Source: Rhodothermus sp. (GTDB lineage Bacteria > Bacteroidota > Rhodothermia > Rhodothermales > Rhodothermaceae). From it: 64,000 nucleotides of DNA. The notes below the pieces were generated by a model. That model was not told where the DNA came from. It was given only the letters and a program-made list of their open reading frames with translations, and ran no database searches. The stretch lies in contig WFPM01000014.1 of assembly GCA_015487635.1 (NCBI GenBank), positions 407 through 64,406 of the forward strand. The letters run 5' to 3'. The position numbers and the translations under genes are program-made. The stretch's first letter is position 1. Each line of letters opens with the position of its first letter. Below are positions 18,443 through 27,380 of the stretch, piece after piece.

Positions 18443-19443
18443 CTGCGCCGCACGACAAGCTCGGCCTGCAGATTGGCGTGGACGGCCAGGCGCTTGCGGC
18501 CTTCGATCTGGTCGATGAGAATGTTGGCGGCCCACCGGCCCTTCTCGTAAATCGGCTGATGAATGGTGGTCAGTGGCGGACAGGTGTACTGCGACACGGG
18601 CAGGTCGTCGAAGCCCACGACGGCCATCTGATCGGGCACGCGCGCGCCCGCTTCGTAGAGGGCCAACAACGCGCCGATCGCCATCGTGTCGCTGGCGCAG
18701 AAGACGGCCGAAAAGTCCGGCCCCCGTTCCAGCCAGCCCCGCATGATTTCGTAGCCTGAGCGCTGCGAGTAGTCGCCGATCTCGATGAGCGCTTCCTGGA
18801 CCTCGGCCCCGGCGTCTTGGAGCGCCTGCAGGTAGCCCGCACGGCGATCGCGCGTCTCCTGCAGCTCCGGATGGCCCAGGATGGCCGCCACGCGCCGGTG
18901 CCTCAGGCGGCACAGGTGCCGGACGGCCCGGTAGGCCCCGCCGAAGTTGTCCACGTCCACCGAGCTGACATCCGGGTAGGCCGGATCGTGCCCGACCAAC
19001 ACGGCCGGAATCTGTCGTTCGCGCAACGGCTCGATCACGCGCTCGGCCACTTCCGAGGTGAGCAGCACAAATCCATCGAAGCTGTGTTCGTGCAGCAGCC
19101 GATCCTCCAGCTCCTCTTCGGCATCGCTTGAGAGCATCGAAAGCGACACATAGTAGCCGCGCTGGATGCACTGCTCGAAAATCCCCAGGTGCAGCAGCGT
19201 CCAGAAGCCGTTCGCCAGCGCCTCATTGCCCCGGCGCGGCGTCAGAATGCAGATCTCGTAGGTGCGGCGCGTGGCCAGACTGCGGGCGACCGAACTGGGC
19301 CGGTAGTTGTACTTTTTGATCACCGCCAGCACGCGCCGCCGCGCCTCTTCGCTCACGTTCGGGTGGTTGTTGAGCACGCGCGAAACCACCGAACGCGACA
19401 CGCAGGCCAGGCTCGCCACCTGATCGATCGTCAGCTTCTCCAT
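18424..19443 (-). CDS. LacI-family transcriptional regulator
   Basis: N-terminal HTH TIDQVASLACVSRSVVSRVLNNHPNVS, followed by a periplasmic-binding-protein-like sugar-binding core. Confidence 0.85.
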   Translation of the reverse strand: MEKLTIDQVASLACVSRSVVSRVLNNHPNVSEEARRRVLAVIKKYNYRPSSVARSLATRRTYEICILTPRRGNEALANGFWTLLHLGIFEQCIQRGYYVSLSMLSSDAEEELEDRLLHEHSFDGFVLLTSEVAERVIEPLRERQIPAVLVGHDPAYPDVSSVDVDNFGGAYRAVRHLCRLRHRRVAAILGHPELQETRDRRAGYLQALQDAGAEVQEALIEIGDYSQRSGYEIMRGWLERGPDFSAVFCASDTMAIGALLALYEAGARVPDQMAVVGFDDLPVSQYTCPPLTTIHQPIYEKGRWAANILIDQIEGRKRLAVHANLQAELVVRRSCGAQA

Positions 19444-19470
19444 GCACCTCTCCTCCGGACACGGTCCGGG

Positions 19471-20079
19471 TCATTTCAGGCCTAGATGTTTAAGCACTTC
19501 ATCCGGGCATCCCTGCCATTCGGTTACGGCCGTATTGCCCATGTACTGCAGGTCTTCCACGCCCATCTTGCTCGACCAGAAGCCCGAAGCCACCAGATCC
19601 CGCAAGCTGTTGAAAAAGGCCACGCCCGACGCCATCTCGGGTGGCGCCACCTCGGGATAGGCAATCAGGTCGAGCATTTCCTGCTGCTGGCGCCGGCTGC
19701 ATTCGACGAACGGTGCTCCGTAGCGCCGCAGGCACTGGTAGTCGAGCCAGGCCAGCCCGCCCCGGATGGCCGTCTGCCGCCGCTCCCGCCCCGGAATGAG
19801 CGGATCGCTCATGATGAAGTCGATAAAAGCCGGCACGCCGGCCTCGCTGGCGCTACCCGAACGCTCGTCGGCCGGAATGATCCAGTCGGCCAGCACCGTT
19901 ATGGTTCGGTATTCGTGCTCGGTGAAAAACTGCGGCCGGTAGTCCGGGCCCGGCTGTGTTTGCCCCCGCCGCTGCTGCGCCTGCCGGACCTCTTCGGGGC
20001 GGCATCCGAAGCTGAAGGTCGGCGCCGCCGCCATCAACGCCAGCAGCTTGAGCGCATCGCGCCGATTCAGCTCGCTCAT
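19471..20079 (-). CDS. Small Tat-signal subunit of a GMC-type dehydrogenase (gluconate 2-dehydrogenase subunit 3-like)
   Basis: The start was set at MSELNRRDALKLLALMAAAPTFSFGC (twin-arginine signal). It overlaps the upstream GMC oxidoreductase gene by an ATGA. Confidence 0.72.
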   Translation of the reverse strand: MSELNRRDALKLLALMAAAPTFSFGCRPEEVRQAQQRRGQTQPGPDYRPQFFTEHEYRTITVLADWIIPADERSGSASEAGVPAFIDFIMSDPLIPGRERRQTAIRGGLAWLDYQCLRRYGAPFVECSRRQQQEMLDLIAYPEVAPPEMASGVAFFNSLRDLVASGFWSSKMGVEDLQYMGNTAVTEWQGCPDEVLKHLGLK

Positions 20080-21818
20080 AGGTTGCCCTGTTTGCGCTGT
20101 TCGACAATGTATTCCGCCGTGCGCCAGGCCAGCGCCAGGATCGTCCATGTCGGGTTTTTGTGCGGCATCGACACGAACGGTCCGGCATCCACCACGAACA
20201 GGTTCGGCACGTCGTGCGCCTGGCAGAATGGGTTCAGCACCGAGGTCTTCGGATCGCGCCCCATGCGCGTGGTGCCCGCCTCGTGGATGATCTCGCCCGG
20301 CTTCGTGATGCCGTAGCCCCGCTCTGGTCCCGGCATCTCGTCGAGCGGCTCGCCGCCCATCGCCCGGATGATCTCCCGGGCCGTCTCCTGCATGTGCCGC
20401 ACCTGCCGGATTTCCTCTTCGCTCCACTTCACGTGGAAGCGCAGCACCGGAATCCCGTAGCGGTCCACCACGTTCGGATCGACCGTGCAGTAGTTCTCGT
20501 AGCGGGCGATCATCTCACCGCGCCCCGAAAAGCCCACGATGGCCCCGTAGAGCTGGCGGTAGTCCTCCTTGAGCTGGCGGCCGTAGCCCCCGCCGCCTTT
20601 CGGGCGGGGCCGTCCATCGGGACCGGGCAGCCATCCGTTGAGCCGATGAATGCCCGCCCCGAAGCCATAGCCCGGCATGCGGCGCCCGCCCCACACCTCC
20701 AGATGATACCCGCGCGGAAAGTCCAGCTTCTGGTTGTAGGCCCACCATGGAATGTAGATATGCATGCCGCCCACGCCGTCCTCGTTGTGCGGCAGGTTCT
20801 TGACCAGGGCCGGAATGAAGCCCGCCACGCTCGTGCCCGTCGAGTCCATCAGGTAGCGGCCCACCAGCCCGCTCGTGTTGGCCAGGCCGTTCTCGTAGCG
20901 CGGGCCGCGCGAGTTGAGCAGCAGCCGTGCCGTCTCGCAGGCGCTGGCCCCCAGCACCACGATCCGCGCCCGCACCTGCCGTTCCTGCATCGTCTCCTTG
21001 TCGATGTAGGAGACGCCCCGCGCCCGCAGGTTCTCGTCCACCAGAATCTCCCGCGCCATGGCGTTCGGGATGATCGTCAGCCGGCCCGTCTCCAGCGCAG
21101 GCGGTATCAGCACATAGCTCGAGGCAAAGTTGGCCCGCACCGTGCAGCCCCGGTTGCACTGCGAGCAGTAGTGGCAGGCCGGGCGTCCGTTGAGCGGCCG
21201 GGTCAGGATCGACAGCCGCGAGGCCAGCACCGGAATGCCCAGCTTCTCACAGGCCTTCGCCACTAGCAACTCGTAGCAGCGCGGCTTCGGAGGAGGTAGA
21301 AAGATTCCGTCCGGTTCGTTGTAGAAGTTGTCCTTCGACCCGAAGACACCAATCAGACGATCGACTTTGTCGTAGTAGGGTGCCAGGTCTTCGTAGCTGA
21401 TCGGCCAGTCGTCGCCGTAGCCGTCGCGGCTTTTGCCCTTGAAGTCATCGGGCCCGAAGCGCAGCGAGATACGGCCCCAGTGGTTCGTGCGTCCGCCCAG
21501 CATCCGCGCCCGGAACCACATCCAGTCGGTCCCCTCATCTTTCAGATAGGGCTCCCCGGGGATCTCCCAGCCGCCGTAGCAGGCATCAAACTCTCCGAAG
21601 GGGCGCTCCACCGTCGAGGCGCCACGCCGGGGCGACTCGTAGTTCCAGGTGAACATGGCGCCGTCGCGGGCGACGTCCCACATCGGTCCCGCTTCGAGCA
21701 TCACCACGTTGGCTCCGGCCTGCGTAAGCACGTAGGCGGCCATGCCGCCGCCGGCCCCGGAACCGATAATACACACGTCGTACGCCGGGGCCTGTTCAAG
21801 CACCTGAGGCATCGGCAA
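20076..21818 (-). CDS. GMC-family FAD-dependent oxidoreductase (catalytic subunit)
   Basis: 580 aa. N-terminal FAD fingerprint YDVCIIGSGAGGGMAAYVL. The length and C-terminal region are typical of GMC oxidoreductases. Confidence 0.85.
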   Translation of the reverse strand: MPMPQVLEQAPAYDVCIIGSGAGGGMAAYVLTQAGANVVMLEAGPMWDVARDGAMFTWNYESPRRGASTVERPFGEFDACYGGWEIPGEPYLKDEGTDWMWFRARMLGGRTNHWGRISLRFGPDDFKGKSRDGYGDDWPISYEDLAPYYDKVDRLIGVFGSKDNFYNEPDGIFLPPPKPRCYELLVAKACEKLGIPVLASRLSILTRPLNGRPACHYCSQCNRGCTVRANFASSYVLIPPALETGRLTIIPNAMAREILVDENLRARGVSYIDKETMQERQVRARIVVLGASACETARLLLNSRGPRYENGLANTSGLVGRYLMDSTGTSVAGFIPALVKNLPHNEDGVGGMHIYIPWWAYNQKLDFPRGYHLEVWGGRRMPGYGFGAGIHRLNGWLPGPDGRPRPKGGGGYGRQLKEDYRQLYGAIVGFSGRGEMIARYENYCTVDPNVVDRYGIPVLRFHVKWSEEEIRQVRHMQETAREIIRAMGGEPLDEMPGPERGYGITKPGEIIHEAGTTRMGRDPKTSVLNPFCQAHDVPNLFVVDAGPFVSMPHKNPTWTILALAWRTAEYIVEQRKQGNL

Positions 21819-21977
21819 ACTCCGGCTGCTTCGACCGACGGTTAACGTACGATGAAGTATAGGCGAGAGCGGTTACAGACTCAAGCCCGGGCGCCGTCTC
21901 CCTGCATTTTGGAACCGGTCCCGAAATGCCAAACCCCTTGCGCACGGCGGCTTTAGCGCCGGATCATTGGAAGGGCA

Positions 21978-23927
21978 ATGAAGCGAAACGCCAGAACGAT
22001 GTCGGTGAACGCTACGATGAGCACGCCTGTCCTTGCCGTAAGTCCGACCGCCGAAGGGACGCAGCGCGAACGGGTACCGGTGCGGATCTTCGACAATCCG
22101 GCGCAGCTCGCCCGCGAGGTGGCCCGGCGCATTGCCGAGCTGATCCGGGAGCGTCAGGCCGAAGGCCGTACGGTGGTGCTGGGGCTACCCACGGGGTCCA
22201 CCCCCATCGGCGTCTACCAGGAGCTCGTCCGCCTGCACCGGGAGGAAGGGCTCGACTTCTCCAACGTGATCACCTTCAACCTCGACGAATACTACCCCAT
22301 GCAGCCGGACAGCCTCCAGAGCTACCACCGGTTCATGCGGGAAAACCTGTTTGATCACATCAACATTCCGCCCGAAAACATCCACATTCCGCGCGGCGAC
22401 ATTCCTCCAGAAGAAGTCGAGGCCCACTGTCAGGCTTACGAGGAAGCAATCCGGAAGGCCGGCGGGCTGGACCTGGTGCTGCTGGGGATCGGACGCAGCG
22501 GCCATATCGGCTTCAACGAGCCGGGTTCGGGTCCCGAGACCCGCACGCGGCTGGTGGTGCTCGACGAAATCACGCGCAAAGACGCCGCCAGTGACTTTTT
22601 CGGTGAAGAAAACGTGCCGCGCCACGCCATCACGATGGGCATCGGCACGATCCTCGAAGCCCGCGAGATCATCCTGATGGCTACCGGTGAGCACAAAGCC
22701 CCCATCGTCCGCCGGGCCGTCGAGGAACCGCCCGACCGCCAGGTGCCAGCCAGCTTCCTGCAGACGCACCCGAACGCCACCTTCTACCTGGACCGCGCGG
22801 CCGCCAGCGAGCTGACCCGCGAAAAGACCCCCTGGCTCGTGCGCGAGGTGGTCTGGGACAAGCCGATGGCCAGGCGGGCCATCATCTGGCTTTCGGAAAA
22901 GCTCGGCAAGGCGATCCTCAAGCTCGAGGCGGCCGACTTCTACCGGAATCACCTGCACAGCCTCGTGCACGCCTACCCCGATGTCGATGCGCTCTGCCTG
23001 GAGATCTTCGAAGATCTGCGCCAGCGCGTCGTCTATCCCCACCAACTCTTCAAGCGTCAGCGCGTGATCGTCTTCAGTCCGCACCCGGACGACGACGTGA
23101 TCTCAATGGGCGGCATGCTCGACAAGCTGGTGGCCAATCAGAACGAGGTGATCGTCGCCTACATGACGAACGGCTCGGTGGCCGTCTTCGACGCCGACGT
23201 GCGACGCTACCTGCGCTTTGTCGAGCTGAGCCACGACATTCTGGGCCTGGAAGGTGCGGCGCTCGAACGCTTCCGGGCGCGCCAGCAGGAAATCCTGGAC
23301 TTCTTCGCCCGCAAAAAGCCGGGCGAAGTGGATCTGGAGGTGATCCAGAAGCTCAAGGCGCACATTCGCTACGCCGAGGCGGTGGCCGCCATCGAAGTGA
23401 TGGGCCTGACGGCCGAGCACGCCCGCTTTCTGGACATGCCTTTCTACAGGACGGGCACCGTCCGCAAAGACCCCATCGGGGAAGCCGACATTCGCATCGT
23501 GCACGACCTGCTCGAAGAAATCCGGCCGCATCATATCTTTGTGGCGGGCGACCTGTCGGACCCGCACGGTACGCACCGCATGTGCTACACAGCCATCCAG
23601 CAGGCACTCCAGCGCTACCACCGGGCGCACCCGCGCGAGGAGTGGCCGCTGGTGTGGCTCTACCGGGGTGCCTGGCAGGAATGGGAAGTGCATCAGGCCG
23701 ACGTCTTTCTGCCCATGTCGAAGGCGGACCTCGACCGAAAGATTGAGGCCATCTTCAAGCACGAGAGCCAGAAGGACCGGGCCATGTTTCCAGGCGCCTA
23801 CGACGACCGGGAGTTCTGGCAGCGTGCCCGCGACCGCAACCGGGGCACGGCCGAAACGCTCAACCGCCTCGGCCTGCCCGAATTCTATGCTGCCGAAGCC
23901 TTCGTTACCTGCTATGAGATGCCCTGA
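21978..23927 (+). CDS. nagB: Glucosamine-6-phosphate deaminase domain fused to a LmbE/PIG-L-type deacetylase domain
   Basis: GIGRSGHIGFNEPGS (NagB/6-phosphogluconolactonase fold) lies in the N-terminal half. VIVFSPHPDDDVISMGG (PIG-L family metal-binding motif) lies in the C-terminal half. The start is uncertain (21978 or 21999). Confidence 0.8.
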   Translation: MKRNARTMSVNATMSTPVLAVSPTAEGTQRERVPVRIFDNPAQLAREVARRIAELIRERQAEGRTVVLGLPTGSTPIGVYQELVRLHREEGLDFSNVITFNLDEYYPMQPDSLQSYHRFMRENLFDHINIPPENIHIPRGDIPPEEVEAHCQAYEEAIRKAGGLDLVLLGIGRSGHIGFNEPGSGPETRTRLVVLDEITRKDAASDFFGEENVPRHAITMGIGTILEAREIILMATGEHKAPIVRRAVEEPPDRQVPASFLQTHPNATFYLDRAAASELTREKTPWLVREVVWDKPMARRAIIWLSEKLGKAILKLEAADFYRNHLHSLVHAYPDVDALCLEIFEDLRQRVVYPHQLFKRQRVIVFSPHPDDDVISMGGMLDKLVANQNEVIVAYMTNGSVAVFDADVRRYLRFVELSHDILGLEGAALERFRARQQEILDFFARKKPGEVDLEVIQKLKAHIRYAEAVAAIEVMGLTAEHARFLDMPFYRTGTVRKDPIGEADIRIVHDLLEEIRPHHIFVAGDLSDPHGTHRMCYTAIQQALQRYHRAHPREEWPLVWLYRGAWQEWEVHQADVFLPMSKADLDRKIEAIFKHESQKDRAMFPGAYDDREFWQRARDRNRGTAETLNRLGLPEFYAAEAFVTCYEMP

Positions 23928-25053
23928 GCTCTGGAGCCGGGCCGGCTGTCTGGCCGTCTGTTTCGGCTTCCTCCGGCTGCTTCTGGACGCTTCGACGGTG
24001 GCCGGGCAGCCGGTCATGGCTCCGGATTCGCTGCTGCCCTTTGCCCCCCGCACCTACGTCTGCTACCGAAGCGATCGGCTGCTTCATATCGACGGCCGTC
24101 TCGACGAACCCGCCTGGCAGGCCGCTCCGTGGAGCGCGCCGTTTGTGGACATCGAAGGACCGCGCCGGCCACCCCCACCCTACCGCACCCGCGTCAAACT
24201 GCTCTGGGATGACACCTACCTCTACATCGGCGCCGAACTGGAAGAACCCCACCTGTGGGCCACACTGACCCGGCGCGATACAGTCATCTTCTATGACAAC
24301 GACTTCGAGGTCTTCATCGACCCCGACGGCGACACACACGCCTACTACGAACTGGAGATCAACGCGCTGGGAACCGTCTGGGACCTGCTGCTGCTCAAAC
24401 CCTACCGCGACGGCGGGCCGGCCCTCGACGCCTGGGACATCCGGGAGCTGAAGGCGGCCGTGGCGCTCGACGGCACACTGAACGATCCCTCCGACACGGA
24501 CCGCGGCTGGACTGTCGAACTGGCGCTGCCCTGGACGGTGCTCGAAGAAGCGGCGCCCGAAGGGCGCCCGCCCCGTCCCGGCGAGCAGTGGCGGATGAAC
24601 TTCTCCCGCGTGCAGTGGCCCCTGGAAGTGGTCGCCGGCCGCTACCGCAAGCGCCGCGATCCGACGACTGGCCGCCCGCTTCCTGAATCGAACTGGGTCT
24701 GGTCGCCCCAGGGCGTCGTCAATATGCACCTGCCCGAACGCTGGGGCTACGTGCAGTTTTCGGCACGGGTGGCCGGCACCGGGACCGAGCCTTTCCGTCC
24801 CGACCCGGACGAGCCGGTGCGCTGGCTACTCCGCCAGCTCTACTACCGCCAGCGTCTGTTCCGGGAGCGACACGGCCGCTACGCCCGCACCCTCGACGAA
24901 CTGGAGGTCCCCGCCGACTGGCGCACGCGCTATCGCCTCACGCTCCAGACCACCGAAAGCCTCTACGAAATCACGGCCACGTTGCCCGACGGCGCACGCC
25001 TGCACATTCGCAAAGACGGACGGATCTGGAAAACCCGACCCGATGCCCCATGA
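23914..25053 (+). CDS. Secreted carbohydrate-binding family 9-like protein
   Basis: The start was set at MRCPELW and is followed by a signal-like segment. IDGRLDEPAWQAAPWS...FEVFIDPDGDTHAYYELEINALGT resembles CBM9/DOMON-like modules. Confidence 0.6.
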   Translation: MRCPELWSRAGCLAVCFGFLRLLLDASTVAGQPVMAPDSLLPFAPRTYVCYRSDRLLHIDGRLDEPAWQAAPWSAPFVDIEGPRRPPPPYRTRVKLLWDDTYLYIGAELEEPHLWATLTRRDTVIFYDNDFEVFIDPDGDTHAYYELEINALGTVWDLLLLKPYRDGGPALDAWDIRELKAAVALDGTLNDPSDTDRGWTVELALPWTVLEEAAPEGRPPRPGEQWRMNFSRVQWPLEVVAGRYRKRRDPTTGRPLPESNWVWSPQGVVNMHLPERWGYVQFSARVAGTGTEPFRPDPDEPVRWLLRQLYYRQRLFRERHGRYARTLDELEVPADWRTRYRLTLQTTESLYEITATLPDGARLHIRKDGRIWKTRPDAP

Positions 25054-26126
25054 CCCGCAGGGAGTTGCTGCAACGCCTCGGGGCCGGCCTTGCCGCGCTG
25101 GCCCTCGGCTGTCGCTCAGAGTCTGCCACGCCTCGTCGCCTCAAGCACTGGGCCTGGATGGGTGCCAATGTGGGCAATGCAGACGATGCCCGCCGCACCT
25201 TCGCCCGTCTGAAAGCCAGTGGGATCGATGCGCTCCTGCTGCACGAAAACCGCGAAGAAGGGCCGGCCTTCTACGAGCGCCTGATTCCGCTCGCGCAGGC
25301 CGAAGGGCTCGAGCTGCACGCCTGGATCCCTACCATGATGCGGGCCGAACTGCTCGAAGCCCATCCCGACTGGTACGCCGTCAACCGGGAGGGCGTCTCG
25401 ACGGCCGAAAAGCCTCCCTATGTGGACTACTACCGCTTCCTGTCGCCCTGCGTGCCCGGCGTGCGGGCCTACCTGGCCGACTACTACGACCGCATGGCGC
25501 AGCTCGAAGGGCTGGCCGGCCTGCATCTCGACTACATCCGCTTCCCCGATGTAATCCTGCCCATCACACTCCAGCCGAAGTACGGGCTCGTGCAGGACCG
25601 GGAGTATCCGCCCTTCGATTACGGCTACCACCCTGAATGCCGGGCGCAGTTCAGGGCGCAGACCGGCCTTGATCCACTCGAACTGGAAGACCCGTCGGCC
25701 AACGAAGCCTGGCGACGGTTCCGCTACGATCAGATCACGGCCGTAGTGCAGCAGATTGCCGAACGCGTGCATGCGCGGGGCAAGCTGCTGACGGCCGCCG
25801 TCTTCCCCACGCCAGCGATCGCCCGCACGCTGGTGCGCCAGGACTGGCCCCGCTGGCCGCTCGACGCCGTCATGCCCATGATCTACCACAACTTCTATGA
25901 CAAACCGGTGGCCTGGATCGAAACGGCCACCCGCGAGGGCATCGAAGCGCTGGGTGGCCGCATCCCGCTCTACAGCGGGCTGTTCGTGCCGGCACTCACG
26001 CCCAAGGAACTGGCGCAGGCCATCGACTACGCGCTGGCGGGAGGCGGCTCGGGCATTTCGCTCTTCAACGTAGAATCGCTGACCGAAGGACACTGGCAGG
26101 TGCTGCAGGCCCGGCTGACACGGTGA
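25050..26126 (+). CDS. Putative glycosyl-hydrolase-like lipoprotein (GHL10/UPF0748-like)
   Basis: Signal/lipobox GAGLAALALGC and the motif LHLDYIRFPD, recalled from YddW/GHL10-type proteins. The family assignment is from memory only. Confidence 0.55.
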   Translation: MTRRELLQRLGAGLAALALGCRSESATPRRLKHWAWMGANVGNADDARRTFARLKASGIDALLLHENREEGPAFYERLIPLAQAEGLELHAWIPTMMRAELLEAHPDWYAVNREGVSTAEKPPYVDYYRFLSPCVPGVRAYLADYYDRMAQLEGLAGLHLDYIRFPDVILPITLQPKYGLVQDREYPPFDYGYHPECRAQFRAQTGLDPLELEDPSANEAWRRFRYDQITAVVQQIAERVHARGKLLTAAVFPTPAIARTLVRQDWPRWPLDAVMPMIYHNFYDKPVAWIETATREGIEALGGRIPLYSGLFVPALTPKELAQAIDYALAGGGSGISLFNVESLTEGHWQVLQARLTR

Positions 26127-26131
26127 GCCCT

Positions 26132-27076
26132 TCATTCCGAGCCGACGTCGGCCGCCAGCAGCCGTCGGGCCAGCCGCAACGCGCCTTCGACCGGCCGCCG
26201 TTGCTGCACCTTGATGGCCCAGTTTGGCCAGCGCCGGGCGAGCTGCTCACGTAACCGGGCCACGTAGAACGGTTCGTTCATCAACCCACCGGCCAGGGCC
26301 ATCCGGGGCGCCACGTCGTCTCCGAGTCGCTGCAAAAGCCATCCGACCTGTTCGACCAGCCGAGCTACCTGATCGTCCACGATGTGCTGTGCCACCGGGT
26401 CCCCCTCGCGCGCGGCCTCCAGCACGACCGGCGCGAACTGCTGCAGCGGCCAGCGCTCCTGGTAGACGCGGTGAATGATGGCGTCGCGTTCGCTGAGCTG
26501 AAAGCGCTCGGCCAGCAGTGCCTGCAGGCGCGTGGGTGGCCCGCCGTCGATGGCGTGTGTCACGGCCTGCAGCCCAGCCCGCGCAAGGGCAAAGCCGCTC
26601 CCTTCGTCGCCCAGCAGATAGCCCCAACCACCGGCCACTTCGATCCGTCCCTGCAGCGTGCGGGCCAGAATGACCGAGCCCGTGCCTGCCACCACAACCA
26701 CCCCGCTGGCCCCTTCGAAGGCCGCTTCCAGCGCGATCTCGGCATCGTGCACCACCTGCACCTGCACGGTGCGTCCGCCATCGCCCAACACCTGCTGAAG
26801 CCGTCGCGCCAGTAGCTCCTGGTCTTTCAGGCGGCCGCATCCGGCAATGCCCGCACATACCGAAAGCACCGACACCCCGGAAAAATGGCGCAGCGCCTGC
26901 TCGATAAGCTCCTGCAAAACGGCTACCGTCTGCTCAAAGCCGACCCGCTGCAGGTTGGCGCCCGGCCCGACCAGCCGGAAAGGCGCGTCTTGTGCGTTCG
27001 TTTGGGTGGCCAGCAGCTCGGTCGACGAGCCGCCTACATCCAGACCGATCAGCAAGGACTGCACGGAATGGTCCAT
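26132..27076 (-). CDS. BadF/BadG/BcrA/BcrD-type ATPase, probable N-acetylglucosamine kinase
   Basis: N-terminal phosphate-1 motif LIGLDVGGSST and a second ASKHA motif VVVAGTGSV. It lies within a GlcNAc utilisation cluster. Confidence 0.7.
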   Translation of the reverse strand: MDHSVQSLLIGLDVGGSSTELLATQTNAQDAPFRLVGPGANLQRVGFEQTVAVLQELIEQALRHFSGVSVLSVCAGIAGCGRLKDQELLARRLQQVLGDGGRTVQVQVVHDAEIALEAAFEGASGVVVVAGTGSVILARTLQGRIEVAGGWGYLLGDEGSGFALARAGLQAVTHAIDGGPPTRLQALLAERFQLSERDAIIHRVYQERWPLQQFAPVVLEAAREGDPVAQHIVDDQVARLVEQVGWLLQRLGDDVAPRMALAGGLMNEPFYVARLREQLARRWPNWAIKVQQRRPVEGALRLARRLLAADVGSE

Positions 27077-27380
27077 GTTTCAAACGCTTCGCATCGGCCG
27101 ACGCCTTTTACCTCCAAGCCTTCCCCACACTTCCGAGTCGACGCCCGGCAGTTCGTGAATTCATCAAAAAGGAAGATCGGAAAGCACGCTCGCGCAAGTA
27201 ACACGCGGGCTTCCCTTCGACGCAACGTGGGAACGGTCCCAAAATGCAGGGTCGCCTCGATGGGAGCGATTCCAAAATGAAAAGCTGCCTTGCCGTACGA
27301 TAAACCCCGCTCTATCATGAAGACCACATCAAGGCGAAAGCAGAAATAAGTCCGCTTTTATCAACAATCGGTCAGAAGCC

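Noticed and set aside
18443-19171. N-terminal 240 aa of the 575-aa ORF 17444..19171
   Set aside because: This part overlaps the well-supported LacI-family gene in another frame and is Arg/Ala/Gly-rich. Only the TPR portion downstream of the lipobox is credited.
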